This document shows, in pieces, positions 1-12,842 of a stretch of DNA of 64,000 bases (positions are counted from its first letter, which is position 1; the number at the start of each line of letters is the position of its first letter). Below the pieces are notes generated by a model. The model did no database searches. It saw nothing but the letters and a program-made list of their open reading frames with translations, and had not been told where the DNA came from. This DNA is from Eledone cirrhosa (taxonomy: Eukaryota): assembly GCA_964016885.1 (NCBI GenBank), contig OZ024746.1, positions 47,120,001 through 47,184,000 of the forward strand, written 5' to 3'. The position numbers were made by a program, and so were the translations under genes.

Positions 1-345
1 TAGGCTTCACAGGAACAGAAAGTACACATCTAGTTAGGAAATTACAAGTACAATCCATTAATGGAACAGTAAAAATATGTAAAACATTCCAAAAATTCTG
101 CATCTAATAACTGCATATACACATGTACAGATACAAAGCATATACACATGCACACATACAACTCAAAACATCCACATCCACACATACAATAACATCCATA
201 TCTACACATGCATGCATGCAGACATACATACATATCTACCTAGTTGCTGTTGTGTAAATTCCAATGAGAGAGTTTTGTGTCTATGTTAGAAACCGACTCT
301 CTCTCTCTATTGGTAAAACTTTGTGAAATTATAAAACCAGAAGAA
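1..345 (+). mobile_element. 3' end of a decayed RLE-type (R4/NeSL-like) non-LTR retrotransposon
   Basis: The first ~100 nt read GFTGTESTHLVRKLQVQSINGTVKICKTFQKF, a typical RLE-LINE C-terminus. The 3' UTR (…ctctctattggtaaaac…) resembles 39150-39480 and runs into (TACA)n. Confidence 0.6.
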
Positions 346-396
346 CATATATACATACATACATACATACAAACATACATGCATACATACATACAT

Positions 397-471
397 TCAT
401 GATGGCTGCCCCCTCGTTATCGAGTATGGCCATTGCACAATAAAAAAATAAATAAATAAAAATAAAAAAAA

Positions 472-522
<51 letters not shown>

Positions 523-553
523 AAAAAAAAAAAAAAAAAAAAAAAGGGAAAAG

Positions 554-586
<33 letters not shown>

Positions 587-708
587 TATACACATATATA
601 TATATACACATATATATACACACACACATACATACACATACATACATATATACACACACACATACATACACATACACTCACACATATATACACACATACA
701 TTAATAAC

Positions 709-757
<49 letters not shown>

Positions 758-836
758 GCAATAATAATAATAACGACAACAACAATAATAATATACATAT
801 TCATATATATATACACACACACGCACGCACATAAGC

Positions 837-876
<40 letters not shown>

Positions 877-3800
877 GATAGCAACTAACAGTGCTGCGAT
901 CGAATGTGGCTTTTTAGCCCAGCCAATGATCTAAAATGTCTTGCACAGAGTCGGCAACCAAAACATTTACTGGGAATAGTCGGCTGTGGTTGGAGTTCGT
1001 GTACTTTTGCATGTCGCTTGAGTCCTCCTGCTGATTTACATTCTCTACCACATGTTTGGCAAGCATGATGAGTAGCATCTCCAACAGCAGCCTGGTAGTC
1101 AACCACTGGTCTTACTTTATGACTGCGAAGATGACTTTCGAGTCCAGCTTTGCTTAGGCAGAGTCTCGCACAGACGCTGCATGTCAGAAACATAGGAGGA
1201 CCCTCGCCGTCTGGAAGTGCAACAGCAATACCCTTCCTCACGTCCCGCCTTACTTTCTCGTGTGCGATTCGAGATGCCTCAAAGGCAACTTTTCCCTCAT
1301 ATACAGTCTTTCTCCATTTACTACGATCAGCAGCAATATTTTCCCATGTATCAGCAGAGATGTTAGCGTCTTTCAGAGAGGCCTTCAAGGAATCCTTATA
1401 CCTCTTTTTTGGTTTATGTGGCGGTCGTTTTCCTTTAACCAACTCTCCATAGAAGAGTTGTTTTGGTATTCTAGAATCCTTCATCCTGGCAAGGTGACCA
1501 CTCCAACGGAGTCGCTGCTTAAGCACAAGAGCTTCTATACTGTCACACATAGAGCTTTCCAAAATCTCGACATCACTGATGTGGTCCCTCCAGTGAACGC
1601 CATGTATCCGTCTGAGACACATCTGATGGAAACGCTCCAATTGCTTAAGGTGGCGTCGATATGTGACCCAGGTCTCGCAGGCATAAAGAAGACAAGAGAG
1701 TACACATGCCCTGTACACCCTTACCTTTGTCCTCCTGCATATGTCTCGCCGACCCCAGAGTCGCCTTTCTAGCTTTCCGAAAGCATCACTTGCTTTCCTA
1801 ATCCTAAGTGAGATTTCACTGTCAAGGTTGCCGTATCGATTGACAGTGCTTCCCAGGTAGACAAACTGATCAACCACTCCAAGTCGTTTGCCATACACAT
1901 AGATGTTTGGTTCAGTGTACTGCCTACCAGGTGCAGGTTGGTACATGACGACGGTTTTCTTGAGACTGACAGTCAAACCCAGGGCAGTGCAAGCGTCAGG
2001 AAATACATTCAAAATGTGCTGCATATCACTCTCTGTGTGCGCTACAAGATCGCAATCATCTGCATACAAGAGGTCTCTTATGACTGATGTAAATACTTTT
2101 GTCTTCGCAGCAAAGCGCCTGATGTTAAATATGCTGCCTGAGGTTCGATATCGGATGTAAACACCATGCTCGCAATTCCTGAATGCAATACAGAAAACCA
2201 TTGCAAAGTATATGGCAAACAGGGTCGGTGCTGGAATATCCCCCTGTTTCACTCCATTTTTTACTGAGATAGGCTCCGACATGTTACCTCCGACATTAAC
2301 CCAAGCCTGCATGTCGTCATGGAAAGACCTAACTAAAGCAAGGAACTTATCAGGGCAACCAAGTTTCTGGAGAACCTTCCATAATGCATCTCTGTTGACA
2401 GTATCGAAAGCCTTTGTCAGATCGACAAAAACCTGATACAGATCCAAGCCCTGTTCAATGCACTTCTCCTGGAGCTGTCTAGCTGAGAAGATCATATCAG
2501 TAGTGCCGCGTCCAACACGAAAACCAGATTGACTTTCAGGAAGGACACAATCTGCAATGTGTGTCAGCAGACGGTCCAGAAGCACCCTACATAAAACTTT
2601 CCCCACGACAGAAAGCAATGATATACCTCTGTAGTTCCCACAATCATTCCTGTTACCCTTTCCCTTGTACAAGACCACCATTACTGCATCTCTCCAGTCC
2701 TCAGGCACGGATTCATTAGCCCATATCCTTCCAAACAGAGAGTGAAGATGTTGCAGGAGTCTCTCACCACCATATTGTAGGAGCTCAGCATGTATGCCAT
2801 CCATACCTGGAGATCTTCCACTGTTCAGCTTCGAAATAGCCACTGCAACCTCCACAAGTGTCGGAGGTTCTGCGAGAGCTACTTTCACAGGACTTTCCGG
2901 AATGAGATTGAGGAAATCTTCACTGACGACAGACGGCTGATTCAAAAGATCATCAAAGTGCTCTCGCCACCTTCGTAGAATTCCCTGTGAGTCACGAAGA
3001 AGTTCTTTGCCATCCCTGCTGCGAATCGGTGTCACCAGAGAAGAAGACGGTCCATAAACCTCACGCAAGAGACTGTACATCAGCTTTGTGTTATTGCAAT
3101 CAGACGCAGTTTGTATCTCACCAGCCTTCTCACTCCACCACTGATCCTTCATCTGAGAAAGACTCCGCCTAACACGTGATTTTACATCCCTGAGCTCCTC
3201 ATGCAACGTATTCCTCTCCTGTGGTTTTGCCGTCAAGTAGCGTGACAGAGCGCGCCTCTTATCAGCCAACAAGTCATCTATATGCACATCTTTCTCATTA
3301 AACCAGTCCTGATGTTTTCTCTGCACCAATCCCAGAACACGTCTGCCTACATCATAAACCGACTTTTTAAGGGTCGGCCAATCCTCACCAAGATCTGCAG
3401 CCTGCATCTCTTCTTCCAATGTCCTCTTCACATTTTTATCCTTAAGACGAGCAGCATTCAATCTTTTGGGCAGGGTAACACCAGGAGCCCGGATTTTACG
3501 TTTGGTGATTAGATTCACTTTTGCGCGTACCAGGCGGTGGTCCGTCCAGCACTCAGCTCCACGAAGAACACGAACACACTGCACATCCTGTCTGTCACGC
3601 ATCCTGACTAGGACGTAGTCCAAAAGATGCCATTCCTTAGATGCAGGATGCATCCATGTGGTCTTGAATTTGTTCTTTTGTTGGAACATGGTGTTGGTAA
3701 CACACAGATCCAGCTCCTCACACATCTGCAGCAAGAGCATACCATTGCTGTTACACTTTCCCACCCCATGCCTTCCGATTACATTCCATGTGTTAAAATC

Positions 3801-4438
3801 CCTACCCACTCTAGCATTAAAGTCACCAAGCACGATGACTTTGTCTGCCTGAGGGATATTTCTTAAAACACCTTTCAAGGCATGGTAAAAGGACAGTTTT
3901 TCTTCATCGACAGAATTCATAGTTGGAGCATACACACTCACCAGGGTAGCATATCTTCCCTTGTCCAGCGGAACTCTCATGGACATAAGACGCTCACTAA
4001 TCCCCACTGGGAATTCTTCTAATTTATTCACCAGTACAGTCTTAACAGCAAATCCTACCCCAGCCTCTCTTCTGGTTCCTTCATCTCTTCCTTTCCAGAA
4101 GAATGTATATTCTCCACAAAATTCCGTAAGATGACCATCTCCAGCTAACCTCGTCTCAGACAAAGCCACGATGTCAAGATCGTAACGTCGAAGCTCCTTT
4201 GCAACAAGAGCGGTCCTTCGTTCAGGACGCTCCAAAGAATCCCTGTCAAGCAGCGTCCGTACGTTCCAGCAGCCAAGACTAAATGCCCTGTTTGGCTCTA
4301 TTACAATGGCACGATGACGGGCGGGCCCAGGTTGTGATAACTTGGGGCCCCTGCCCTTATTGCCAATGATCCTTTTTGTTCCAGAACCCAAATTGGCAAT
4401 TATCTCGTTTACATTGTTCTGGAACATCATTGAATTGG

Positions 4439-4471
<33 letters not shown>

Positions 4472-4476
4472 TAATA

Positions 4477-4514
<38 letters not shown>

Positions 4515-4816
4515 ACACTATTAATAATTATTAATGCACTCGTGCAATGCCTGTGCGTGACGAATATTTTTAAAGTGAGGAAAGACTGTGCACTGAACCA
4601 ATCCCACTCTCTGAGCGACAGTAGCTATAACCCGAAAAGAAGAAAAGATCAACATCATCGGTAACTACTGAGCCGCAGGTTTTATATCGGAGTTAACCCA
4701 GTTTCCTGAGATGCCTTCTCCTAGAAGAATACCCTGACATGGGCTAGGGGTTCTTCACTCCCAGTGGTTTAACTGCGCGATCGGGCATCCAGCCCGATTA
4801 TTTCTATGTCCCCGCG
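397..4816 (-). mobile_element. Near full-length RTE-clade LINE with microsatellite-filled UTRs, flanked by (TACA)n
   Basis: Single intact APE-RT ORF. The 3'-terminal motif TGGCCATACTCGATAACGAGGGGGCAGCCATCAT (minus strand, ~398-432) and the 5' UTR block at 4540-4770 are both shared with the short element at 33890-34500. The 5' end may extend to ~4960. Confidence 0.88.
885..4430 (-). CDS. RTE LINE ORF: AP endonuclease, reverse transcriptase and three C-terminal C2H2 zinc fingers (1181 aa)
   Basis: APE motifs: GCWNVRTL, LSETR, VYAPT, LGDFNARVG, LDYVL, TDHRLV. RT motifs: NYRGISLLS, QSGFR, FVDLTKAFDTV, GVKQGD, LLYADD, FVYLGS, RLRWSGH. C2H2 motifs: CSVC..H..H, CQTC..H..H, CRLC..H. Confidence 0.97.
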   Translation of the reverse strand: MMFQNNVNEIIANLGSGTKRIIGNKGRGPKLSQPGPARHRAIVIEPNRAFSLGCWNVRTLLDRDSLERPERRTALVAKELRRYDLDIVALSETRLAGDGHLTEFCGEYTFFWKGRDEGTRREAGVGFAVKTVLVNKLEEFPVGISERLMSMRVPLDKGRYATLVSVYAPTMNSVDEEKLSFYHALKGVLRNIPQADKVIVLGDFNARVGRDFNTWNVIGRHGVGKCNSNGMLLLQMCEELDLCVTNTMFQQKNKFKTTWMHPASKEWHLLDYVLVRMRDRQDVQCVRVLRGAECWTDHRLVRAKVNLITKRKIRAPGVTLPKRLNAARLKDKNVKRTLEEEMQAADLGEDWPTLKKSVYDVGRRVLGLVQRKHQDWFNEKDVHIDDLLADKRRALSRYLTAKPQERNTLHEELRDVKSRVRRSLSQMKDQWWSEKAGEIQTASDCNNTKLMYSLLREVYGPSSSLVTPIRSRDGKELLRDSQGILRRWREHFDDLLNQPSVVSEDFLNLIPESPVKVALAEPPTLVEVAVAISKLNSGRSPGMDGIHAELLQYGGERLLQHLHSLFGRIWANESVPEDWRDAVMVVLYKGKGNRNDCGNYRGISLLSVVGKVLCRVLLDRLLTHIADCVLPESQSGFRVGRGTTDMIFSARQLQEKCIEQGLDLYQVFVDLTKAFDTVNRDALWKVLQKLGCPDKFLALVRSFHDDMQAWVNVGGNMSEPISVKNGVKQGDIPAPTLFAIYFAMVFCIAFRNCEHGVYIRYRTSGSIFNIRRFAAKTKVFTSVIRDLLYADDCDLVAHTESDMQHILNVFPDACTALGLTVSLKKTVVMYQPAPGRQYTEPNIYVYGKRLGVVDQFVYLGSTVNRYGNLDSEISLRIRKASDAFGKLERRLWGRRDICRRTKVRVYRACVLSCLLYACETWVTYRRHLKQLERFHQMCLRRIHGVHWRDHISDVEILESSMCDSIEALVLKQRLRWSGHLARMKDSRIPKQLFYGELVKGKRPPHKPKKRYKDSLKASLKDANISADTWENIAADRSKWRKTVYEGKVAFEASRIAHEKVRRDVRKGIAVALPDGEGPPMFLTCSVCARLCLSKAGLESHLRSHKVRPVVDYQAAVGDATHHACQTCGRECKSAGGLKRHAKVHELQPQPTIPSKCFGCRLCARHFRSLAGLKSHIRSQHC

Positions 4817-4959
4817 CAAAAAAAAAAAAAAGAAAAAAAAAAAAAAAAAATTACTTATTGACACTTATACGTACGACATACACACACACGCATACATATG
4901 CGTGCACACAGCAACACTCACACACACAACAAACACACACACACGCTACTCTACTCACT

Positions 4960-5033
4960 TATACATACATACATACATACATACATACATACATACATAC
5001 ATACATACATACATACATACATACATACATACA

Positions 5034-5065
<32 letters not shown>
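4960..5065. repeat. (TACA)n microsatellite
   Basis: Perfect tetranucleotide run; a degenerate (TACA)n also lies at ~345-396 on the other side of the RTE. Confidence 0.95.
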
Positions 5066-6996
5066 CTCCGAATAGTTTAGATTAGATTGTCTCTGTTAAC
5101 ACCCACTTAAGCTTCTCGTCTTTGTGTCTATTTGAAACAGGGAAAGAATGAAAGTTTTATTACTAATCTAGTAATCATAGTTATTCCAACTTCGTTTTGG
5201 CCATCAAATGAAATATCATGCTACTAGATTTAATGGCAGCTTTTCTTCAACAGCTGTTTCCTTTATAGCAATAAAGAAGATTTAGTAAACAAGTATATTT
5301 TTTATGGTCTGGGGGAATCAATAACATTACTAACGAGAAATGTGAGATCTTACTGGGACATGTTATTTTACTTTTATAAAAGTAATCGAGTAGCTAAAAA
5401 GATATCATGATTCACTTTTGACTGATTGCTGACTGGAGTTTCTCCCTTGATAAAAGAAAATGCTATTTCTTGTAGGCAATGAGTATAATCAATTGAATAG
5501 GTCGCCAGTATATTATTTATGTTTATTCTATCGTTTTCCCTGTTGAGTGAAAGATAAAACTGTGCATCGACCTGATGTGAACTGAAAGACTAAGAGACGA
5601 TGTTAAACCCAGCGGCGATTTTAGTATTTCCGCGAATTCCCTGTTCTCTACTTTTGACTTTAGGGGGCATGAAATGGTACGACTGACATATTCGATAATA
5701 AGCCGTACCACTGTCTGACTTCTCTATTCTACTAACAGATTAACAATTAGAAAGAAATACAAACTTGACCATATTTACATACAATATATTTATTTGAATT
5801 TGTTTAGCTATAAGTGTATGGATGTATGTGTGGAAGGGGGGAAACGTAGCGAAGCATATATCTAATGATAAACAAACATTTTTTTGTAATCACGTGGACA
5901 AATGCAAATAAATATAATTGTTAATCCTTTCTAGAAGGAAAAGAGGTATTGATATAACTGGTTTCGATTGTAAATTAAAAATCAACGGACACAACATACT
6001 AACTTCAACCAGCACCATTCAGTATGTTTTCGCTTTACTCACTAGTGGTGCCTGGCTGAAAATCGTACCCTAAGCATCAACCAGTACCCATAAGGTAAGC
6101 GTCTCTCACCGCATCGGTGTTTTTTTGGGGTCAGTCAGCGGATCTTTGTAGAACAAAAATACTAATGCAGGTATGCGGTAGGCACTTTCGGTCTACATCC
6201 TTTGTGATTCCATTTAATGCCAGTCGCTTCTCCCGACCCAACACCCTCAGAGATATGGATGCAACAGGCTTTTCATCACAGCTTGAATTGGTGGGGTTCT
6301 TCCCCTTTCCGCAGTGGTAAGCTCCTTATCTGAGACGCAACATACAAATATACTTTTTCCAGCAGCAAACTGATGAATTTAGTAGCGGGCTCAAGTTTCT
6401 TTGCTCCACAAGCTGAGTATTGCAAGTCATTGAAGCAGTGAGCGCTCTCTCATAGAGTTATCATCGAATTCGAACCTATAGTGTTGTAAATCTATGAATT
6501 AATGGGCCGCAGCAATATCTCCCTGTTTATCCTGATCAGGAAGGATTTGGCTCCCCACGAGAATGGGTGATTTGGACATTTTCCATCAATGTATCTTTGT
6601 TATCCTTCAGGGTAACGCCTTTGCGGTGCTGACCCCTAGGACTATGAGGCAATATTCAGCTGGCGTCTTGCATTTGAGAGATACAAAGGGGATCAGTAGC
6701 TGGTGACATAGTTGTATGTATTTTGACAGAAATTAACAAATATATTATGCATCTAAAAGATGTTCGAGCTGTCACATTGTACTATCCATAATAACATTTC
6801 TTCATTCCAGCGAATGCCAGCGTTGTGCTTATGCAAGAAAATTAAACATAAATATACAGTAGAGTTGTATAGGCATGGTTCAGAATATTACTGGTAATTA
6901 TGTTATTAACCCAGCAAAGTTTAATGAGAAAATCAAAGATTTAAAGAGATGCAACCGAATACTACAAAGCATTTAGTTCATCATTATAATTTGTGC

Positions 6997-7102
6997 TATC
7001 CACTATCCACCATACGTATTCCATATTAATGCGTGCTAGCAAGGTTATTATGTATGGTGGATAGTGGATAACAACCTTGCTAGCACGAATCAGTATGGAA
7101 TA
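6997..7102. repeat. Two interleaved inverted repeats (A-B-A'-B')
   Basis: A 6997-7018 pairs with A' 7049-7070 (1 mismatch). B 7017-7046 pairs with B' 7073-7102 (3 mismatches). Confidence 0.8.
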
Positions 7103-9895
7103 GCTTATGGGGTTGCTAGATGTACTAGGAATTGCAACCACATATTTTTCAAAGCACTCACTAAGGCTGAAAAAAGGAAGGACACATTAGATAATATAAT
7201 CGTAGGAACACTAACAATAATAGTGTGAAACGTTCAAAGGTTTTATGTATTTGTCCATAGATCTACTCAAACAAGGCTGAGTTGGATTAAACAACATCAA
7301 CTTCTAACATAACCATCGTGGGATCCTCATTGACATCGCTAGACCTGCAAACAAATAACTGCTAAATCTCCCCGGCTAACTATGCTCTAACTAATATTCT
7401 TCTATTCCATATAATCTAGTAGCTACACTCCGGTAGTGGCTTCATTCTAGTTTTAATAATAGTCACCAACCTTCGCTGAGTTGACACAATAAAAAAAAGG
7501 TTATTCTTATTAATTGTAGTAGTATGTTGTATCAAGCGTTTTAATAACCATTAAATTCAATAATTTTTTCCTGGAAATTACAATTAATTACAAAGATCGA
7601 AAAGATGTTTTATTCTTCTTGAGGTGCAGGAATTATTTTCTATACACTTAAAACTTCATAGAAATTCGTTACTTGTTTCATTCTTGCACGAATTGAATTG
7701 GTAAAAACCAAATAAAAGCACATATTGATTTTTCAAAACGCCTTATTTCAATTTGCATAGAATTTTGAATGGTCTAAAAATCTAATTGTCTTCAAGATAA
7801 ATTCATTTATCTGTATTGTTTCGGTTGTTTCGTTTCATCTGTATATAGTATATCATTTTTGTCTTACTTTCTTGTGTTTCATTACGTTGTTACTAAGGGC
7901 TAGTTTTTTTTAATCAGACAGAACATTTTTTCATCACAAATACCCTTCTTTTAAAGTAATTATCTCATTTCCAAGCAAATATCGATACAGCTATACAGGC
8001 ACATTATTAATCTTTAATTTCTGAAAGTTACATTCCTCGAACGTCTTGATTTTTTATTTAAAAATCATAAGGTCACATATTTCATGGGGTAGATCAATCG
8101 TCTCAGACACCTCGACATCGATCTGACCTTTCAACTATTTTTTTTACATAGAGAGGAAGAAACATTTGCAGAAAGAAATCTATACACCTTATTCATCGAT
8201 TAACATTTGAAAAAGCTCCATGCTCTAGAATATTACTCACTGATCCTTTTACAACGAAATTCACACCAAATGTTGTTCTATGAACATGTTATGATGTTTA
8301 TAAATGCTTCGTCTCAAATACAATCTCCGTCCATTGTCATATAACTTATAAATGAACCTTTACTTTTCGATTTAACTCAGAACTCAACACGTGTCTTAAA
8401 AATCGATAAACACAAAGAGCGCTTATTACTTAGATTTAAAATATAATTGCATTATTTCATAGCTAGAGATAGTACCAGGCTATATTTCCTATTTAGGAGT
8501 ATACGTAATTGTGTTCAATACTTCTTTTGCGAGAGTAATTTGACCGTTTTATTGTTAAGGCCTCGGCTTATATCAATATAATTCCATGAATAGAAACTTT
8601 CGCTTGTAGGAATGTGAAGGAAATAACTTTCTAAAACATCATTGGGCCAGTTTATGTCGCTATAAAGGAAAGTGGTGATCAGTGATTTGTATAATATCGC
8701 TTGCAAGTACATTATAACATTGTCTAGCATTCTTAACTTTCAAATGCCTCGCTTAAACTATCAGTAAATTCATACCATGGGTTAGAAGCAACATCTCTGC
8801 AACTAGAGACAATAGTGTTATTGGCGAATGCTTAGTTAGCTACAAGTGCTGTACTTTCATCTTCCTGTGTGTATAGCTTAAAATAGGCTTATCCATGCAG
8901 GACTAGCTTTGGATACACTACATGTAAACAGAATCTTCAATTATTCCTGTTATGACCAAATGAGATGGCTATAGGTCTGCAAACTTGTATCAAGTAAAAT
9001 GTAGAAAATCGGTTTTTGAACATGGTCTGTTGTAAAAATGTCACTGAATTGCAAGAAAGTTACATTCTTGAAATAAACATGGAGATTAAAAATGTTAGAA
9101 AAAGAAGGAATATATGCTGTAAAGTCCATATTATCCTAAGACTGCATTGAAACCTTCTGCAATATTCATTTAGCTGTTGATATGAGATGTTGTCTCTCTG
9201 ATCTCTGAGTAAATACTTAAGAATAGCTTATTATTTCCATGAATAATTCAGATGTTTGCCGTTTGTAACACCAATATATGGAAGCCTTTCACTGTATTAA
9301 GCAACATAAATACCAATAATAAATGATGTGGCTTAGATAGCTGACATAAACTTACACGCTTCTAAAATAGGTTTCTTACTCAAACCTGAACTCGATTCTT
9401 CAACAAATGTTAAAATTACAAGCACGATCTCACCTAAATCACTGCCTGTTGGTTTAAAAAATAAACTAAGATATTGAATAATGTAGCCAGAGATATCAAC
9501 AAGATCGGTATATGAGATCATAGTTAATTAGTATTAATATGCAACCAACATCACAAATCAGTTACGAAATATTCATGCGGCAAGTAAAAGACAAAATTAT
9601 TTCAATTATTTCAGCATGTTTCAGTCTTATTAAGCCTGCTCAGCTATGTATAGATTTCTAGGTATATGCAGAAATAGTAATGAGTTGAGTAGATGTACAA
9701 TATCGTATACTAGTAGGAGCGAAGGATTAGCACATTTAAAAATATAGATCAGGGAGTTGCTAATTGCAACAACTGAGTCAAGAGTGAACATCAGAAATCT
9801 AATTAATGTGTTTTACTGTTTTAACAACACCAAGTCAAAATCTCGTCGAACAAAACTCATGTCATGCCGTTACGACCAACTCAGGAATAAGTGGG

Positions 9896-9938
9896 AGAAG
9901 AAGAAGAAGAAGGAGGAGGAGGAGGAGGAGGAGGAGGA

Positions 9939-9969
<31 letters not shown>

Positions 9970-9981
9970 AAGAAGAAGAAG

Positions 9982-10012
<31 letters not shown>

Positions 10013-10085
10013 TGATGATGTTGGTTATGATAGTGATGATGGTGATGATGATGGTGATAATGATGATGATGATGATGGTGATGAC
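9896..10085. repeat. Compound (GAA)n/(GAG)n/(GAT)n microsatellite
   Basis: Direct read; it accounts for the poly-K/E/M and poly-R pseudo-ORFs. Confidence 0.95.
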
Positions 10086-10150
10086 AGAATATCGTTAGAA
10101 TTTAACCCAACACTAGCTTGCATATCACTCTCCACTCTCTGTAAAATAAT

Positions 10151-10334
10151 TGTTTCTACGTTAGGCACAAGGCCAGCAATTAGCCAGTACATTACTGGTA
10201 CTTTATTTTATCGACCCCGTAAGGATGAAAGGCAAAGTCAACCTCGGCGGGATTTGAACTCAGATCGTAAAGGGACCTAATTATGCTGGAAAGCATGGCG
10301 TCCGACCCTCTACCGATACTGCCAATCCACCGCC
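10151..10334 (-). mobile_element. tRNA-derived SINE (octopus-type), full length
   Basis: Minus strand has A-box-like TGGCAGTATCGG, B-box GAGTTCAAATCC and the body GGGGTCGATAAAATAAAGTACCAG, and ends TAGAAACAATTATT. TSD ctgtaaaataat lies on both sides. Same family as 41089-41275. Confidence 0.85.
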
Positions 10335-10828
10335 CTGTAAAATAATAATTTCTATTTTGGAACAAATATAATACAAGTAAATGATATGTTTACCAAACTA
10401 AATCAAAAAGTATATACCTAAGGGAACAATCTACATAAAGTCTACATTCATTCATGTTTATACACAAATTAAATATGTCTGCTTGTGTATTTTTTCGTCA
10501 TGGGAAATGATTTTAAATGCATATTTCGATAACTTGACATGTCCAAATCGATTAACACCAATTGATAAATGTCGTAATTTGCAAGTTACTTTGAAATTCA
10601 ATGTATAATGCTGCACAAATTACGGTTTCGTGTATTTTAAATTGAAGTTACAAGAATAAAAATAAAAAGCTGACTATAAAATTATATAATTATTCAGAGC
10701 TGTATAATTACAGTAAATACTGTATATATTGACAATTGTATATAAGACGGCGAAAAGGCAGAAGTGTGAGAATTGCGGGGGAAATATAGTATTCATTCTT
10801 TGCATCTTTAATTTCAAATCTCATCGAG

Positions 10829-10920
10829 GTTGTTGTTGTTGTTGTTGTTGTTGTTGCTGTTTTTGTTGTTGTTGTTGTTGTTCTTCTTCTTCTTCTTCTT
10901 CTTCTTCTTCTTCTTCTTCT
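10829..10920. repeat. (GTT)n(CTT)n microsatellite
   Basis: Direct read. Confidence 0.95.
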
Positions 10921-12321
10921 TTTATTTGTTTTCTTTCTGAAGTTTTCCTACATCATTCAATTCAGGTTCAACATGAGTCACTTGCAACTCAACAGAGGTT
11001 TTGTTTTATTTATTTGTGAAACCTTTAACAGTTTAAACGAAGCATTAATATCATCGATCATTCCAAGGTGGTGGTGGAGCTGTGAAGTGTCTGAGCACCA
11101 CTCCTTTCTCTAGACCTATCAAATAAGTTAAATGGAAATGGAAACTAATGTTTCCTCCTGTTGTATTGTAACTAAACTAATATGACATTGTATAATTTCT
11201 ATATGATGTCATATATAACTGTATAATGTATAATAATTACTATGGAGATGGGTAAGTACAACGAGGGTTATATTCTACAGTTACTGTTATATATTCGGAT
11301 GAATTCACTTTCTACATTCATACATTGTATTCACTACAAATAATCTTGGCATAGACCATCTCTCTTTAACTGATGCTTATCTTAGTGTTTAAATCACTAG
11401 TTACTAAGACACTGTTTACGGTAGTAAGATGTATCGACCTTATGATATGAGTTTACAAATATATCGACCAGCCTATTCAACACCAAAGATGCGATTCAAA
11501 ATGTAGAGTCATTGTGTTGTAGAACAATACCCATCCACCAGCTGTCACCTTGTTCGAATTTATATAATTATCAAACCATCTTTCACCTATGTACCATCAC
11601 AACTTAAATAGATGCGTGTTTGTTAATTTAGTGTTTATACCGTATCCCTAATGATTCAAAGAATATATCTTCAACCAGATGGACAAGGTTAAATAGATGA
11701 AATCAGGAAGATCTATGAAAATAAGTTATTGATCTAAGGGTGTCACATCACAGTCATACTTCTTAGAGGCTCCTGTTGGATATTTTCTGCGAATTGTGTG
11801 AACACAATTTTTAGACCTTCAGTATGTATGTTTCGTACAACGATAAATAAACACAGATTCTCAAATGCGTTACTGTTTTTAGTAATTTGTTAAATAAGGA
11901 AAAGATTTCCTATATACACGAAATAATGATAATTGTCCCAAATGAATATTGGAACTGCTCGTAAATTTCTGGACGCATTCCAGATATTATTGATCCTGAT
12001 TGCAATTAAACGTTTATCGGCTTGGAACGAGTGCAAATTCTTCAGAGATTACAAATAGAAACAATGTTTATCATATCTTACAAATCTATCTTTCTTATTT
12101 ATTTTTATTAGCACAATTATATTGCCGATAACTCAGTCTTTGCAATTCACACATGCCACTATCTTGGAAATCTAACAATTCCCGACATGCATTTCTTTCA
12201 TTCCAGATTTGGTGTTATGAAGTTATCGCATATATGTATTTGTGTGTGTTATGTATGTAACAACAGTTACAGTTACATATATATTATATATTATATATAT
12301 AATATTTATGTGTATATATAT

Positions 12322-12387
<66 letters not shown>

Positions 12388-12769
12388 TAAATCATGTCTT
12401 TAGAATCATCAGATAATAAAATATATACTATTTCTTCTTCTAATTAGCATAATTAACCATATAAAAAATCAATTAGAACAAGGTATAAGAATAAATGCTC
12501 TTATGGAGAAATCTCCGACAAATAACCTCTTCGCGGCGGCCTCAATCGAGTATTTATCCAACATTTCGACAGCATATTGATATTTGAATAAAGTAGTTTT
12601 CTTGGCGACTCTCGGATATTTCTTTCTCTCTATTCTAGGAAAGCCGTGTGTAGTGAAACGTTTATAATCCCCACCATAAAATTGTTTTAGTAGTGGAAGA
12701 CCTTGCCATGTCACATTTAGTTTATTTTCTTTAAAACGTAAGTACGATTTCGATGCAGGTACACTATAT

Positions 12770-12838
<69 letters not shown>

Positions 12839-12842
<4 letters not shown>

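Noticed and set aside
10151-10334. tRNA genes at the SINE heads
   Set aside because: A and B boxes are present, but I could not fold a cloverleaf; the shared SINE body and TSDs indicate retroposed SINEs.
5100-12300. Host exons in the unique-looking AT-rich stretches (also 17100-19700, 35900-38200)
   Set aside because: No ORF with recognisable homology or convincing splice pattern; small exons cannot be excluded without RNA-seq.
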